Below, piece by piece: positions 43,613 to 51,944 of a stretch of DNA of 64,000 nucleotides. Below the pieces are notes generated by a model. The model had not been told where the DNA came from, did not search any database, and was given only the letters and a program-made list of their open reading frames with translations. The translations under genes were made by a program, and so were the position numbers. Position 1 is the stretch's first letter. Every line of letters starts with the position of its first letter. The stretch is taken from positions 543-64,542 of the forward strand of contig JAFQAP010000019.1 of NCBI GenBank assembly GCA_017399965.1, given 5' to 3'. The stretch is from Clostridia bacterium (GTDB taxonomy: Bacteria; Bacillota; Clostridia; Oscillospirales; CAG-382).

Positions 43613-44308
43613 ATGCTTTCAGCACTTGCTTTTTTCTTTTCCCGTATCGTATGTATGTTTTTGCGCGTGTCCGGCGGCAACAATTTTCCGCCGCCTTTAA
43701 GCGCAAAGGAAGAAAAATATTATTTTTCCTTGGCGCGAAAAGGGGATATGTCTGCAAGAAATACCCTTATTGAGCACAATTTGCGCTTGGTGGCTCATAT
43801 CGTTAAAAAGTATTATTCCTCTTATCCCGATCAGGACGATCTGGTGTCTATAGGCACCATAGGACTTATAAAAGCGATAGACTCATTCAATGTGGAAAAC
43901 GGCACCCGCTTTGCCACTTATGCGGGGAAATGCCTGCAAAACGAAATACTTATGTATTTTCGTTCCCGCAAAAAGCTTTCCTGCGAAGTGAGCATAGAAG
44001 AACCGGTGGACGTGGATAAAGACGGAAATCCTTTAACATATATGGATATAATAAGCACGGATGAAGATATGATAGACGAAATCGACGCCCGCATCCGCTC
44101 CTCTGCGGCGTACAAGGCAATAAATACCGTGCTTACTCCCAGAGAAAAAGCAATAATCCTCTTGCGGTACGGTCTTACGGAGGAGGGGAAGGAGTACCCT
44201 CAAAGAGAGGTGGCGGAAAAACTGGGGATTTCCCGTTCATACGTTTCCCGTCTTGAAAAAGGTGCTTTGGAAAAACTGTGTGCCTATATGGAAAACCGCA
44301 GATTATGA
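43613..44308 (+). CDS. sigK: sporulation sigma factor SigK (pro-sigma-K, uninterrupted)
   Basis: It has a hydrophobic pro-sequence followed by FPPPLSAKEE. LIEHNLRLVAHIVKKY and SIGTIGLIKAIDSF match SigK rather than SigE. Regions 2-4 are contiguous. Confidence 0.8.
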   Translation: MLSALAFFFSRIVCMFLRVSGGNNFPPPLSAKEEKYYFSLARKGDMSARNTLIEHNLRLVAHIVKKYYSSYPDQDDLVSIGTIGLIKAIDSFNVENGTRFATYAGKCLQNEILMYFRSRKKLSCEVSIEEPVDVDKDGNPLTYMDIISTDEDMIDEIDARIRSSAAYKAINTVLTPREKAIILLRYGLTEEGKEYPQREVAEKLGISRSYVSRLEKGALEKLCAYMENRRL

Positions 44309-44392
44309 ATATTTTTAAAGCGCGGATTTTAAAAAACGCTTGAAAAGACAATAAGTATATAGTATAATCAATCTATAAATATAAAAAGGAAA

Positions 44393-44896
44393 ATGTTTCT
44401 TATGTTGCCATATTTACTGGTGTTTGCTTTAAGCATGGTTCCTGTGCTGGAACTGCGCGCCGCTCTGCCTCTGGCGCTTTTATATTATGATATGAATCCC
44501 GCCTTGGCAATACTGTTAACGCTTATCGGAAATATGCTTCCCGTACCGTTTTTGGTAGTTTGGGGAAGACAGGTCCTTGAATGGCTGGCGTCTTATAAAA
44601 CTATCGGCGGTCCTTTCCGCTGGATACTCCGTCTGGGAGAAAAAAAGGTTGCCAAAATGCATCGCACTCTTTTTGTGGGGCTGCTTTTATTCGTTGCCGT
44701 GCCTCTTCCCGGTACGGGTGCGTGGACCGGTTCTTTAATAGCGCTTACTCTTAATCTCAAACTAAAAAAAGCCATACCGCCTATTGCGCTGGGCGTCCTT
44801 GTTGCAGGAATTATCGTTGCAATAGCCTGCTTTGCCGGCGGCGGATTGGCAGAAATTTTCGTTTCGGATAAACTCATTGATTTTTTCAGTAAATGA
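44393..44896 (+). CDS. small multidrug export-like membrane protein (COG2426 family)
   Basis: 167 aa with 4-5 TM helices. ...VPVLELRAALPLAL... and ...VAVPLPGTGAWTGSLIA... are typical of this family. Confidence 0.55.
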   Translation: MFLMLPYLLVFALSMVPVLELRAALPLALLYYDMNPALAILLTLIGNMLPVPFLVVWGRQVLEWLASYKTIGGPFRWILRLGEKKVAKMHRTLFVGLLLFVAVPLPGTGAWTGSLIALTLNLKLKKAIPPIALGVLVAGIIVAIACFAGGGLAEIFVSDKLIDFFSK

Positions 44897-44909
44897 AAGG
44901 ATGTTTAAC

Positions 44910-46436
44910 GTGAAAAAAAGACTGCTTGTGTGTATTTTGCTTTTGGTTATGGCGGTAGGTATGCTTGCTTCTTGTAACGATGGCAATGCAGACGACCCTT
45001 CGAGCGATGTTTCCGAGGGAGAAACCTTTTTCGGCTACACCTTGCCCGAGAATATCGAAGAATTCAAAGGCACCAAGGTAAAGGTACTTACCACCTCCAC
45101 CAACGACGATTGGTCCTACCAGATACAGCCTTCCTCCAATCCTCTGTATTCTGCGGACACGGCTTCGGGTATCGTTACCGCCGCGGCAGAGCGTACCAGA
45201 TTGGTAGAACAGACCTTTGGTATAACCATAGAAGAGCAGGTAGTATACACCTCCAACCGTTACGGCGGTGAAATGTATCAGCATATCATATCCGATCTTA
45301 CCGTTGGCGGCGGCGATTATCTCTTCTGTATGCCTGCTTCCACAGAGGCGGCAATGCTTTCTACCGAAGGAGTACTCAGAGATCTCGTCACCGTAGAAAC
45401 TCTTGATATTACCAACGAATGGTGGTCCCAGTCCTTTAACGAAAAGGTTGCTATTGCCGGCAGTGTGTATTTTACTATCGGCGATATCGGCTACGTAAAC
45501 AAAAACGCCACCCTTTTTGTAGCGTTCAACAAGAATATGGTAGAAGAAAAGCACCTGCTTGATGACTTTGGTTATTCTTCTCTTTACGAAATGGTAGACG
45601 ACGGCGCATGGACACAGGACGTAATGTTCGCTATGTCCAAAGCGGTTTATCAGGATCTTAACGAAAACAACAAGTCTGATGTTGGTGACATTCTGGGCTT
45701 TGCCCAGCAGGACGGCGTAATTGCCTGCCTGCTTTCCGGCGCGGGAGAAACTATCGCTACTCCCGATTCGGACGGATATCCTTCACTTACCATCAACAAC
45801 GAGCGTGCTATTTCTCTTATATCCGATGCGCAGGATTTCTTGCAAAACCCCCAAAGCGGCTTTATCTCCGCAAACGATTATTTTAATGTTTCCGGTGTTC
45901 CCGTTGCCGATGTTATAGTTCCGGAGTTCAAAGCAGACCGTCTTTTGTTCCTTATGGAGGCGGTACTTAATCTGCCGCTGCTCCGAGATATGGAAAATGA
46001 TTTCGGAGTACTTCCCACTCCCAAATACGATAAAGAGCAGGAAGAATATTATTCCCGTATCGGCGGTTGGTCTTGCGATACAGTGTGTATCCCCGTATTT
46101 GTGGAAGATAAAGACCTTGAACTTGCAGGCTACGTGCTTGAAGCACTCGGCGCTGCATCCAGAGCAAATCTCAACAGAGTATATTACGAGCAGACGCTTC
46201 AGTACCAGATCTCACGTGATGATGAATCTATGCGTATGCTGGATATAATCTTTGAATCCCGTATTCCCGATATGTGCGAAATTTACCGTTGGGGCACTAT
46301 GTACGATACGGTTATCGGAATGTATAAAGCGGGTAAGGATACCTTCGCTTCCGCTTATGAAAAGGCGGAGCCCGGTACGCTTGCGGAAATGGAAGAAACA
46401 ATAGAAATATTTAAGTCACTCCAGAAGAGTAACTGA
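44910..46436 (+). CDS. ABC transporter extracellular solute-binding lipoprotein (large sugar-binding type)
   Basis: GTG at 44910 with an AAAGG RBS, and lipobox MLASCNDG. About 500 aa, resembling LplA-type sugar-binding proteins. Confidence 0.65.
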   Translation: MKKRLLVCILLLVMAVGMLASCNDGNADDPSSDVSEGETFFGYTLPENIEEFKGTKVKVLTTSTNDDWSYQIQPSSNPLYSADTASGIVTAAAERTRLVEQTFGITIEEQVVYTSNRYGGEMYQHIISDLTVGGGDYLFCMPASTEAAMLSTEGVLRDLVTVETLDITNEWWSQSFNEKVAIAGSVYFTIGDIGYVNKNATLFVAFNKNMVEEKHLLDDFGYSSLYEMVDDGAWTQDVMFAMSKAVYQDLNENNKSDVGDILGFAQQDGVIACLLSGAGETIATPDSDGYPSLTINNERAISLISDAQDFLQNPQSGFISANDYFNVSGVPVADVIVPEFKADRLLFLMEAVLNLPLLRDMENDFGVLPTPKYDKEQEEYYSRIGGWSCDTVCIPVFVEDKDLELAGYVLEALGAASRANLNRVYYEQTLQYQISRDDESMRMLDIIFESRIPDMCEIYRWGTMYDTVIGMYKAGKDTFASAYEKAEPGTLAEMEETIEIFKSLQKSN

Positions 46437-46450
46437 AAGGATAAATAATT

Positions 46451-47308
46451 ATGGAAAAAAGATTTTCTATCGGCGTAATGACCGACTCATTCAAGAAACC
46501 CTTTTTTGAAGCACTTGACAAGGCGGTAGAAGTTGGCGCACAGGGCATTCAGCTTTACGTTGTTGAGGGTGAAATGTCCTACAAGACCTTTGACGATGCA
46601 AAGGTAAAGGCTGTTAACGATGCTCTTGCGGCACACGGACTTGTTGTTTCCGCAGTGTGCGGCGATTTCGGCGGACACGGCTTCGCTACCGAGGAAGAGA
46701 ATGTTTGGAAGGTTCCCGCTTCCAAGGAAGTTGCTTCTCTTGCAAAGAAGCTGGGCAGCTCTGTTGTTACCACTCATATCGGCTGTGTTCCCGAGGATAA
46801 GAATTCCGAAGAATATATCCGTATGAAGAACGCCTGCAAGGATATGGGCGATTACGCCGCATCTATCGGTGTAACCTTCGCTATCGAAACCGGTCCCGAA
46901 AAGGCAACCGTTCTTGCAGATTTCATCCGTGATGTCGGCAGCAAGGGTATCGGCGTAAATCTCGACCCCGCAAATCTTATAATGGTTACCGGCGATGACC
47001 CCGTTCAGGCAGTTTACACTCTTAAGGACTTTATCGTACATACCCACGCAAAAGACGGTATTATGATCAAGCAGACAGACCCCAAGATAATCTATACCTT
47101 CTTCGCAGAGGGCGGTATTGAGGATATGCGTATGTCCGATTACTTCCTTGAGCTTCCCTTGGGTGAAGGCAAGGTGGATTTTGATGCATATTTGAACGCT
47201 CTTACCGATATCGGCTTCAAGGGCTTCCTCACCATCGAACGCGAATGCGGCGCAGATCCTTACGCAGATATACTTAAAGCAGCAGACTTCCTCAGAAGCA
47301 AAATATAA
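46451..47308 (+). CDS. sugar phosphate isomerase/epimerase (xylose isomerase-like TIM barrel)
   Basis: 285 aa. ...FAIETGPE..., ...NLDPANL... and ...HAKDG... motifs are typical of AP endonuclease 2/xylose isomerase-like TIM proteins. Confidence 0.7.
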   Translation: MEKRFSIGVMTDSFKKPFFEALDKAVEVGAQGIQLYVVEGEMSYKTFDDAKVKAVNDALAAHGLVVSAVCGDFGGHGFATEEENVWKVPASKEVASLAKKLGSSVVTTHIGCVPEDKNSEEYIRMKNACKDMGDYAASIGVTFAIETGPEKATVLADFIRDVGSKGIGVNLDPANLIMVTGDDPVQAVYTLKDFIVHTHAKDGIMIKQTDPKIIYTFFAEGGIEDMRMSDYFLELPLGEGKVDFDAYLNALTDIGFKGFLTIERECGADPYADILKAADFLRSKI

Positions 47309-47326
47309 AAAAAGAGGTGTATTGAA

Positions 47327-48166
47327 ATGGCAAAAAAGATAGGTTTTATTGATTATTATCTTGACGAATGGCACGCACTTAATTATCCCCAGTTTATAAA
47401 GGACGCAACCGACGGCGAGTTCGAGGTTGCCTACGCTTATGCTGAAATGGATAAGCCCGGCGGAATGACTACCGATCAATGGTGCGAAAAATACGGCGTA
47501 CAGCGTCTTGACAGCATTGATGAAGTCGTTGAAAAGAGCGATTGCATTATCGTTCTTTCTCCCGATAACCCCGAGCGCCATTGGGATCTTTGCCAGAAGC
47601 CCCTTCGCAGCGGTAAACGTGTATATGTAGACAAGACCTTCGCTTTGGAAAAATCCACTGCCGAAGCACTTGTAAAGCTTGCAGAGGAAAACAATACTCC
47701 CTTCTTCTCTACTTCCGCGCTCCGTTTTGCAGACGAACTGAAGGATATCGACAGAGACGGCATTTGCTTTATCAATTCCCGCGGTCCCGGTAACTTTGAT
47801 ACATATTCCATTCATCAGATCGAGCCTATCGTTGTTCTTATGGGCAGCAAGGCAAAGAGAATAATGTCTGTCGGTAACGGTAAGTACGAAAGTATGGTTA
47901 TCGAATTCGAAGGCAACCGCAGCATCGTTATGTCCCAGTACGGCTGGACCAACGTGGATTTCAGTATGCTTGTTAACTACGAAGACGGCAGAACCGTTTC
48001 CGTTCCCCAAATGAGCAATACCTTCCCCAACTTTATTAAGGCTATGTGCGATTTCTTCCGCACCGGCGAAATCAAAGCCGCACACGACGAAACTGTAGCG
48101 ATAATGGGTATTATCGAAGCGGGCAACAAAGCTTTGGCTAATCCTAACACCTGGATCGAAATCTAA
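47327..48166 (+). CDS. Gfo/Idh/MocA-like oxidoreductase (divergent)
   Basis: 279 aa. The N-terminal IGFID... Rossmann-like start and ...RVYVDKTFA... resemble the Gfo/Idh/MocA family. No classic GxGxxG motif seen. Confidence 0.5.
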   Translation: MAKKIGFIDYYLDEWHALNYPQFIKDATDGEFEVAYAYAEMDKPGGMTTDQWCEKYGVQRLDSIDEVVEKSDCIIVLSPDNPERHWDLCQKPLRSGKRVYVDKTFALEKSTAEALVKLAEENNTPFFSTSALRFADELKDIDRDGICFINSRGPGNFDTYSIHQIEPIVVLMGSKAKRIMSVGNGKYESMVIEFEGNRSIVMSQYGWTNVDFSMLVNYEDGRTVSVPQMSNTFPNFIKAMCDFFRTGEIKAAHDETVAIMGIIEAGNKALANPNTWIEI

Positions 48167-48197
48167 CTATTGGGAACTGTCTAAACTTCGCACAACG

Positions 48198-48367
48198 AAA
48201 AACGCGACAGATAAAATAAAGGTTTTCGTTCACCCGTAGGGACAGACGTCCTCGAAGGCACCCCACAAAACCTGCGGTTTTGCGGGGAACCCCGCCGTCT
48301 GTCCGCATCCAAATAAAAATGTAGGAATCCGTTTTTGCGGATTCCTTCTTTATTTTATCGCGTTTTT
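48198..48367. repeat. MITE-like element bounded by about 20-24 bp inverted repeats (copy 2)
   Basis: AAAAACGCGACAGATAAAATAAAG (48198-48221) pairs with CTTTATTTTATCGCGTTTTT (48348-48367): 12+8 matching nt with a 4-nt indel. The interior has nested palindromes, including a GTAGGG hairpin and an R1 hairpin. Confidence 0.55.
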
Positions 48368-48380
48368 CTAAACGCTTTTA

Positions 48381-48414
48381 CTTCGCTAGTCGTAGATTAC
48401 TACGCCACGCTCGT
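48381..48414. repeat. 34-nt dispersed repeat (family R3)
   Basis: CTTCGCTAGTCGTAGATTACTACGCCACGCTCGT differs at 4 positions from 34456-34489 (CTTCGCTAGCTGTAGATTACTACAGCACGCTCGT). Confidence 0.8.
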
Positions 48415-48513
48415 AAAAGACGTTTTCTGCTTTGTTTATACAGTTCCTCGCTTCAGCGATACTCTTGCAACTACAGACGGTAGATTTTGTAGGGAAGGGG
48501 CTTGCCCCTTCCG

Positions 48514-48548
48514 CATAGAAATGTAAAAACTCCGTAGACGTAAAATCT
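48514..48548 (-). terminator. terminator of the 48564-48824 gene
   Basis: AAACTCCGTAGA-loop-TCTACGGAGTTT, followed by TTTAC on the minus strand. Confidence 0.6.
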
Positions 48549-48563
48549 ACGGAGTTTGATCTT

Positions 48564-48824
48564 TTACTCTGTTTTTTCAATTATCAATTCGTTTTCGTCC
48601 TCAGGATTGCCCGTAAAAAACGAATTAAAATGAACGTGTGCGCCGTGTTGGATATCGTTATTTGCCAGATACAGCATCTGTTTAGCCAGCGATACCAACG
48701 CTTCTTTGTTTCCACGCAATACAACTTGGTTTCCGTCTACCTCAACAGAATATTTGCTCTTGTTTTCCCAAATAACGTTAATGCTATTTCCGTCGTATTC
48801 GGGTATTTCAACACAGATTTTCAT
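48564..48824 (-). CDS. hypothetical small protein (86 aa)
   Basis: Clean ORF (MKICVEIPEYDGNSINVIWENKSKY...). No family recognised with confidence. Confidence 0.45.
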   Translation of the reverse strand: MKICVEIPEYDGNSINVIWENKSKYSVEVDGNQVVLRGNKEALVSLAKQMLYLANNDIQHGAHVHFNSFFTGNPEDENELIIEKTE

Positions 48825-48835
48825 ACGTTCTCCTA

Positions 48836-49690
48836 TTATTTTGCCTCGTGAATTCCATATGCTGTCATGGTGTTTTCCATCAGCATTGCTCTGGTCATGG
48901 GGCCGACACCGCCGGGAACGGGGGTGATATGGCTTGCCTTTTCATAGCAGGATGTGTAATCGCAGTCGCCGCACAGCTTGCCTTCGGCATTTCTGTTCAT
49001 ACCAACGTCCACAACCACAGCGCCGTCTTTTATCATATCGCCTTTAATAAAATCAGCTTTGCCCACAGCGGAAACCAGAATATCCGCGCTCTTTGTTACT
49101 TCTGCAAGATTCTTTGTCTTGGAATGGCACACCGTAACGGTTCCGTTGCGGTCAAGAAGCATCATTGCGGCAGGCTTGCCCACTATGTTGCTTCTGCCAA
49201 CTACCACGCAGCTTTTGCCTGCAATGTCGATAGAATATTCATCCAAAATTCTTATCACGCCTGAGGGCGTACAGGGAAGCAGGGAAGGGGTGCCTCTGAA
49301 CAGTTTTCCGGCGGAAACGGGGTGGAAGCAATCCACGTCCTTGTCCGGCGCAATACGCTCCAGCACCGCATTTGAATCTATATGCTTGGGCACGGGTAAT
49401 TGACAAAGAATGCCGTCCACGGTGTCATCCGCATTAAGCTTGTCTATAAGTGCTATAAGCTCTTCCTGCGTAGTTTCTGCGGGCAAGGTATAGCCTATAG
49501 ATAAAAATCCTACCTCTTCGCAGTCCTTTTTCTTGTTGCGTACGTACACGGCGGATGCAGGGTCTTCACCAACAAGTATTACAGCCAGCGCGGGAATACG
49601 TTTGCCTTCCTGCTTAAGCGCATCTACTTTTGCCTTTACCTCGCTTTTAACCTTTGCCGCGACAGACTTTCCGTCAAGTATTATTGCCAT
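48836..49690 (-). CDS. folD: bifunctional methylenetetrahydrofolate dehydrogenase/methenyl-THF cyclohydrolase
   Basis: MAIILDGKSVAAKVK...PASAVYVRNKKK...GRSNIVGKP...TPVPGGVGPMT is canonical FolD. Confidence 0.95.
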   Translation of the reverse strand: MAIILDGKSVAAKVKSEVKAKVDALKQEGKRIPALAVILVGEDPASAVYVRNKKKDCEEVGFLSIGYTLPAETTQEELIALIDKLNADDTVDGILCQLPVPKHIDSNAVLERIAPDKDVDCFHPVSAGKLFRGTPSLLPCTPSGVIRILDEYSIDIAGKSCVVVGRSNIVGKPAAMMLLDRNGTVTVCHSKTKNLAEVTKSADILVSAVGKADFIKGDMIKDGAVVVDVGMNRNAEGKLCGDCDYTSCYEKASHITPVPGGVGPMTRAMLMENTMTAYGIHEAK

Positions 49691-50654
49691 TATCGTCTAC
49701 CTCTTTTTCTTCGGATTCGGGCACAGTGCTTTCTTCGGTATTATCGCTTACTTCAGCACTTTCGCCGCCAACGTATGCCGCTTTGTAATTTTCAAGCTCG
49801 CTGCTTTCTTTTTTGCTCTTTATATAAAGCAAAACCAAACCAACGATACCGGCAATACAGGTAACAAATCCTATAACGCTGTTAAGCTTTATCGTTTCGA
49901 AAATATACAAAGAATCGGTGCGCAAAAGCTCTATAAATCCTCTTCCCAAGCCGTACCAGGTAACGTACATAAGGAAAATTTGGCCGGAAAACTTTTTCTT
50001 TTTGTATACAAGGTTAATAATAACAAATCCCAGAATATTCCAAAGAGATTCGTAAAGGAAAGTGGGGTGAACGAAATCTACGGAAACCTTGGTCTTTATT
50101 CCGTCAATTATTTCGGTACGGTATGCGCCCTCAAGCTGCATACGCCAAGGGAGCTTTGCTACACCCTCCGACCAGCCGTAAGCTTCGCCGTTAAAGAAAT
50201 TGCCCCATCTGCCCATTATCTGACCGATCATTACTGCGGGAGAAACAGCGTCCAGCAGGCGGAATACCATTATCTTTTTTACTTTGCTGAACACCACAAC
50301 GGTAACGGCACCGAAAATTATGGCACCGTAAATGGCAATACCGCCGTTCCATATGCTTAATGCGCTCCACAAAGAATCGTATTTTTCGGGGTTGGTTACA
50401 ACGTATAATAATCTTGCGCCCACAATGGCAATGGGCACGGTGAACAGCGCCAGATTGTAGCAATCATCCTCACGCACGTGCTCAAACTTGGTGGCGCGCC
50501 ACAAAAAATAGGTAAACGCCAGCACAATACCCAGCGCAATAATAATTCCGTACCAGTATACGGTTATTCCGTCGCCGATAGGAATGGTAAACGCCGCACG
50601 GTTAAGCTCGAACTGTTCAATTCCCAATCCCGGGAAAGCAATTGTTGTCTTCAT
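49674..50654 (-). CDS. lgt: prolipoprotein diacylglyceryl transferase
   Basis: ...YGIIIALGI..., ...GGIAIYGAI... and GRWGNFFNGEAYG are Lgt signature motifs. The C-terminal acidic tail overlaps folD by 17 nt. Confidence 0.9.
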   Translation of the reverse strand: MKTTIAFPGLGIEQFELNRAAFTIPIGDGITVYWYGIIIALGIVLAFTYFLWRATKFEHVREDDCYNLALFTVPIAIVGARLLYVVTNPEKYDSLWSALSIWNGGIAIYGAIIFGAVTVVVFSKVKKIMVFRLLDAVSPAVMIGQIMGRWGNFFNGEAYGWSEGVAKLPWRMQLEGAYRTEIIDGIKTKVSVDFVHPTFLYESLWNILGFVIINLVYKKKKFSGQIFLMYVTWYGLGRGFIELLRTDSLYIFETIKLNSVIGFVTCIAGIVGLVLLYIKSKKESSELENYKAAYVGGESAEVSDNTEESTVPESEEKEVDDNGNNT

Positions 50655-50672
50655 ATACCTTTTTCCTTTCCT

Positions 50673-51944
50673 TTACTCGTCTTCGGGAAATACTATGGAA
50701 AGACAGCTTTTTTCCATATCGTATCCCTTCATAAAGCGTTCTTTAACCTCTTCATAGCAGGTGTTTTGTATAACCGAAGCGTAATCAAGCATATCGCATC
50801 CCTCCAGTGCCGCAGATGCAAGACGGTTTGCGGTTTCGGAGGTGGAGTTAAAGCTCAGGCATTCGGTTGCGTAAATTACCTTTTTTGCACGCAAAAACTC
50901 TTCTTTTGTAAAGAAAAAGCTTTTGCGTTTTGCTATCTCGTTTTTAACAGCCTGCGCTACCATATCGGGATCGTCTGCCACACCTTCAATAGAGATATAG
51001 GACCAATCTCTCGAATTATAATAGCTGTATGAAAAACGGTCGGATATGAGTCCGCTTTCGTAGTTTTCGCAGTAAAATTCGCCGGATGGACCGAACAGAA
51101 GCTGCAAAATAATAGCGTGTTCCGCGCTCCGTTTAAGGTCGTCATCGCTCTTTTCGGGGAACGCTTCTTTAATTCCCAAAGCAAATTGAGGCATACCTAT
51201 TTTTAATTTGGTAACCACTCTTTGCTCGTTAACTTGGGCGGGTTCGAAAATATCGGGCAGGTCTATCTTCGTTTCGGGGTAATATGCCAGACATTCGTCG
51301 CAAACCTTTTTAACTTTCTCGGGGTCCACATTGCCGCAAATGCAAAGCACGGTGTTGGAGGGGTGGTAAAATACCTTGTGAATATCGTAAAGAATTTCCG
51401 GTGTTATCTCTGCAATCGATTCAACAGTGCCGGCAATATCCTTGCGCACGGGGTTGTTAACGTACATTCCCTCCAGCATACCAAGCAGTGCACGCCAGTC
51501 AGCATCATCCTCGTACATTTTTATTTCCTGACCGATGATCCCTTGCTCCTTTTGCACGCTCTCTTTGGTGAAATGAGGGGTGAATACCATTTGAAGCAGG
51601 GTCTTTAGGTTAATATAAAAGTTTTCCGTGCAGGAAAAAATATATTCGGTACGCTCAAAAGATGTAAATGCGTTTGCATCGCCGCCGTTTTTGGTAAATG
51701 TTTCAAAAGAGTCGGTTCCGTCGGGGTTTTCAAACATCTTGTGCTCAAGAAAATGCGCCGTTCCGTCGGGCACGGTAACAATTCCCTTTTCGGTGGGCAG
51801 ACGGTTATCACAGGAGCCGTATTTAACAGCCACAGCCGCAAAGGCGGTTTCGTGGTTTTTTGGGCAGACATACACGGGAAGCCCCGATGAATGAACAAAA
51901 TAATAATACTTTTCGCCCAAAACCTTGTTTTCTTTAACTATCAT
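50673..51944 (-). CDS. M16-family zinc peptidase, active-type subunit (YmfH-like)
   Basis: 423 aa with the inverted zinc motif HFLEH (GTAHFLEHKMFE). Confidence 0.8.
   Translation of the reverse strand: MIVKENKVLGEKYYYFVHSSGLPVYVCPKNHETAFAAVAVKYGSCDNRLPTEKGIVTVPDGTAHFLEHKMFENPDGTDSFETFTKNGGDANAFTSFERTEYIFSCTENFYINLKTLLQMVFTPHFTKESVQKEQGIIGQEIKMYEDDADWRALLGMLEGMYVNNPVRKDIAGTVESIAEITPEILYDIHKVFYHPSNTVLCICGNVDPEKVKKVCDECLAYYPETKIDLPDIFEPAQVNEQRVVTKLKIGMPQFALGIKEAFPEKSDDDLKRSAEHAIILQLLFGPSGEFYCENYESGLISDRFSYSYYNSRDWSYISIEGVADDPDMVAQAVKNEIAKRKSFFFTKEEFLRAKKVIYATECLSFNSTSETANRLASAALEGCDMLDYASVIQNTCYEEVKERFMKGYDMEKSCLSIVFPEDE

Noticed and set aside
43613-44308. A skin-like element interrupting sigK
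   Set aside because: The reading frame is continuous and all sigma-70 regions are present in one ORF.
46487-48085. 532-aa ORF on the minus strand
   Set aside because: It runs antisense across two recognisable plus-strand genes (the sugar-phosphate isomerase and the oxidoreductase) and the spacer between them. Its composition is not protein-like, so it is a shadow ORF.
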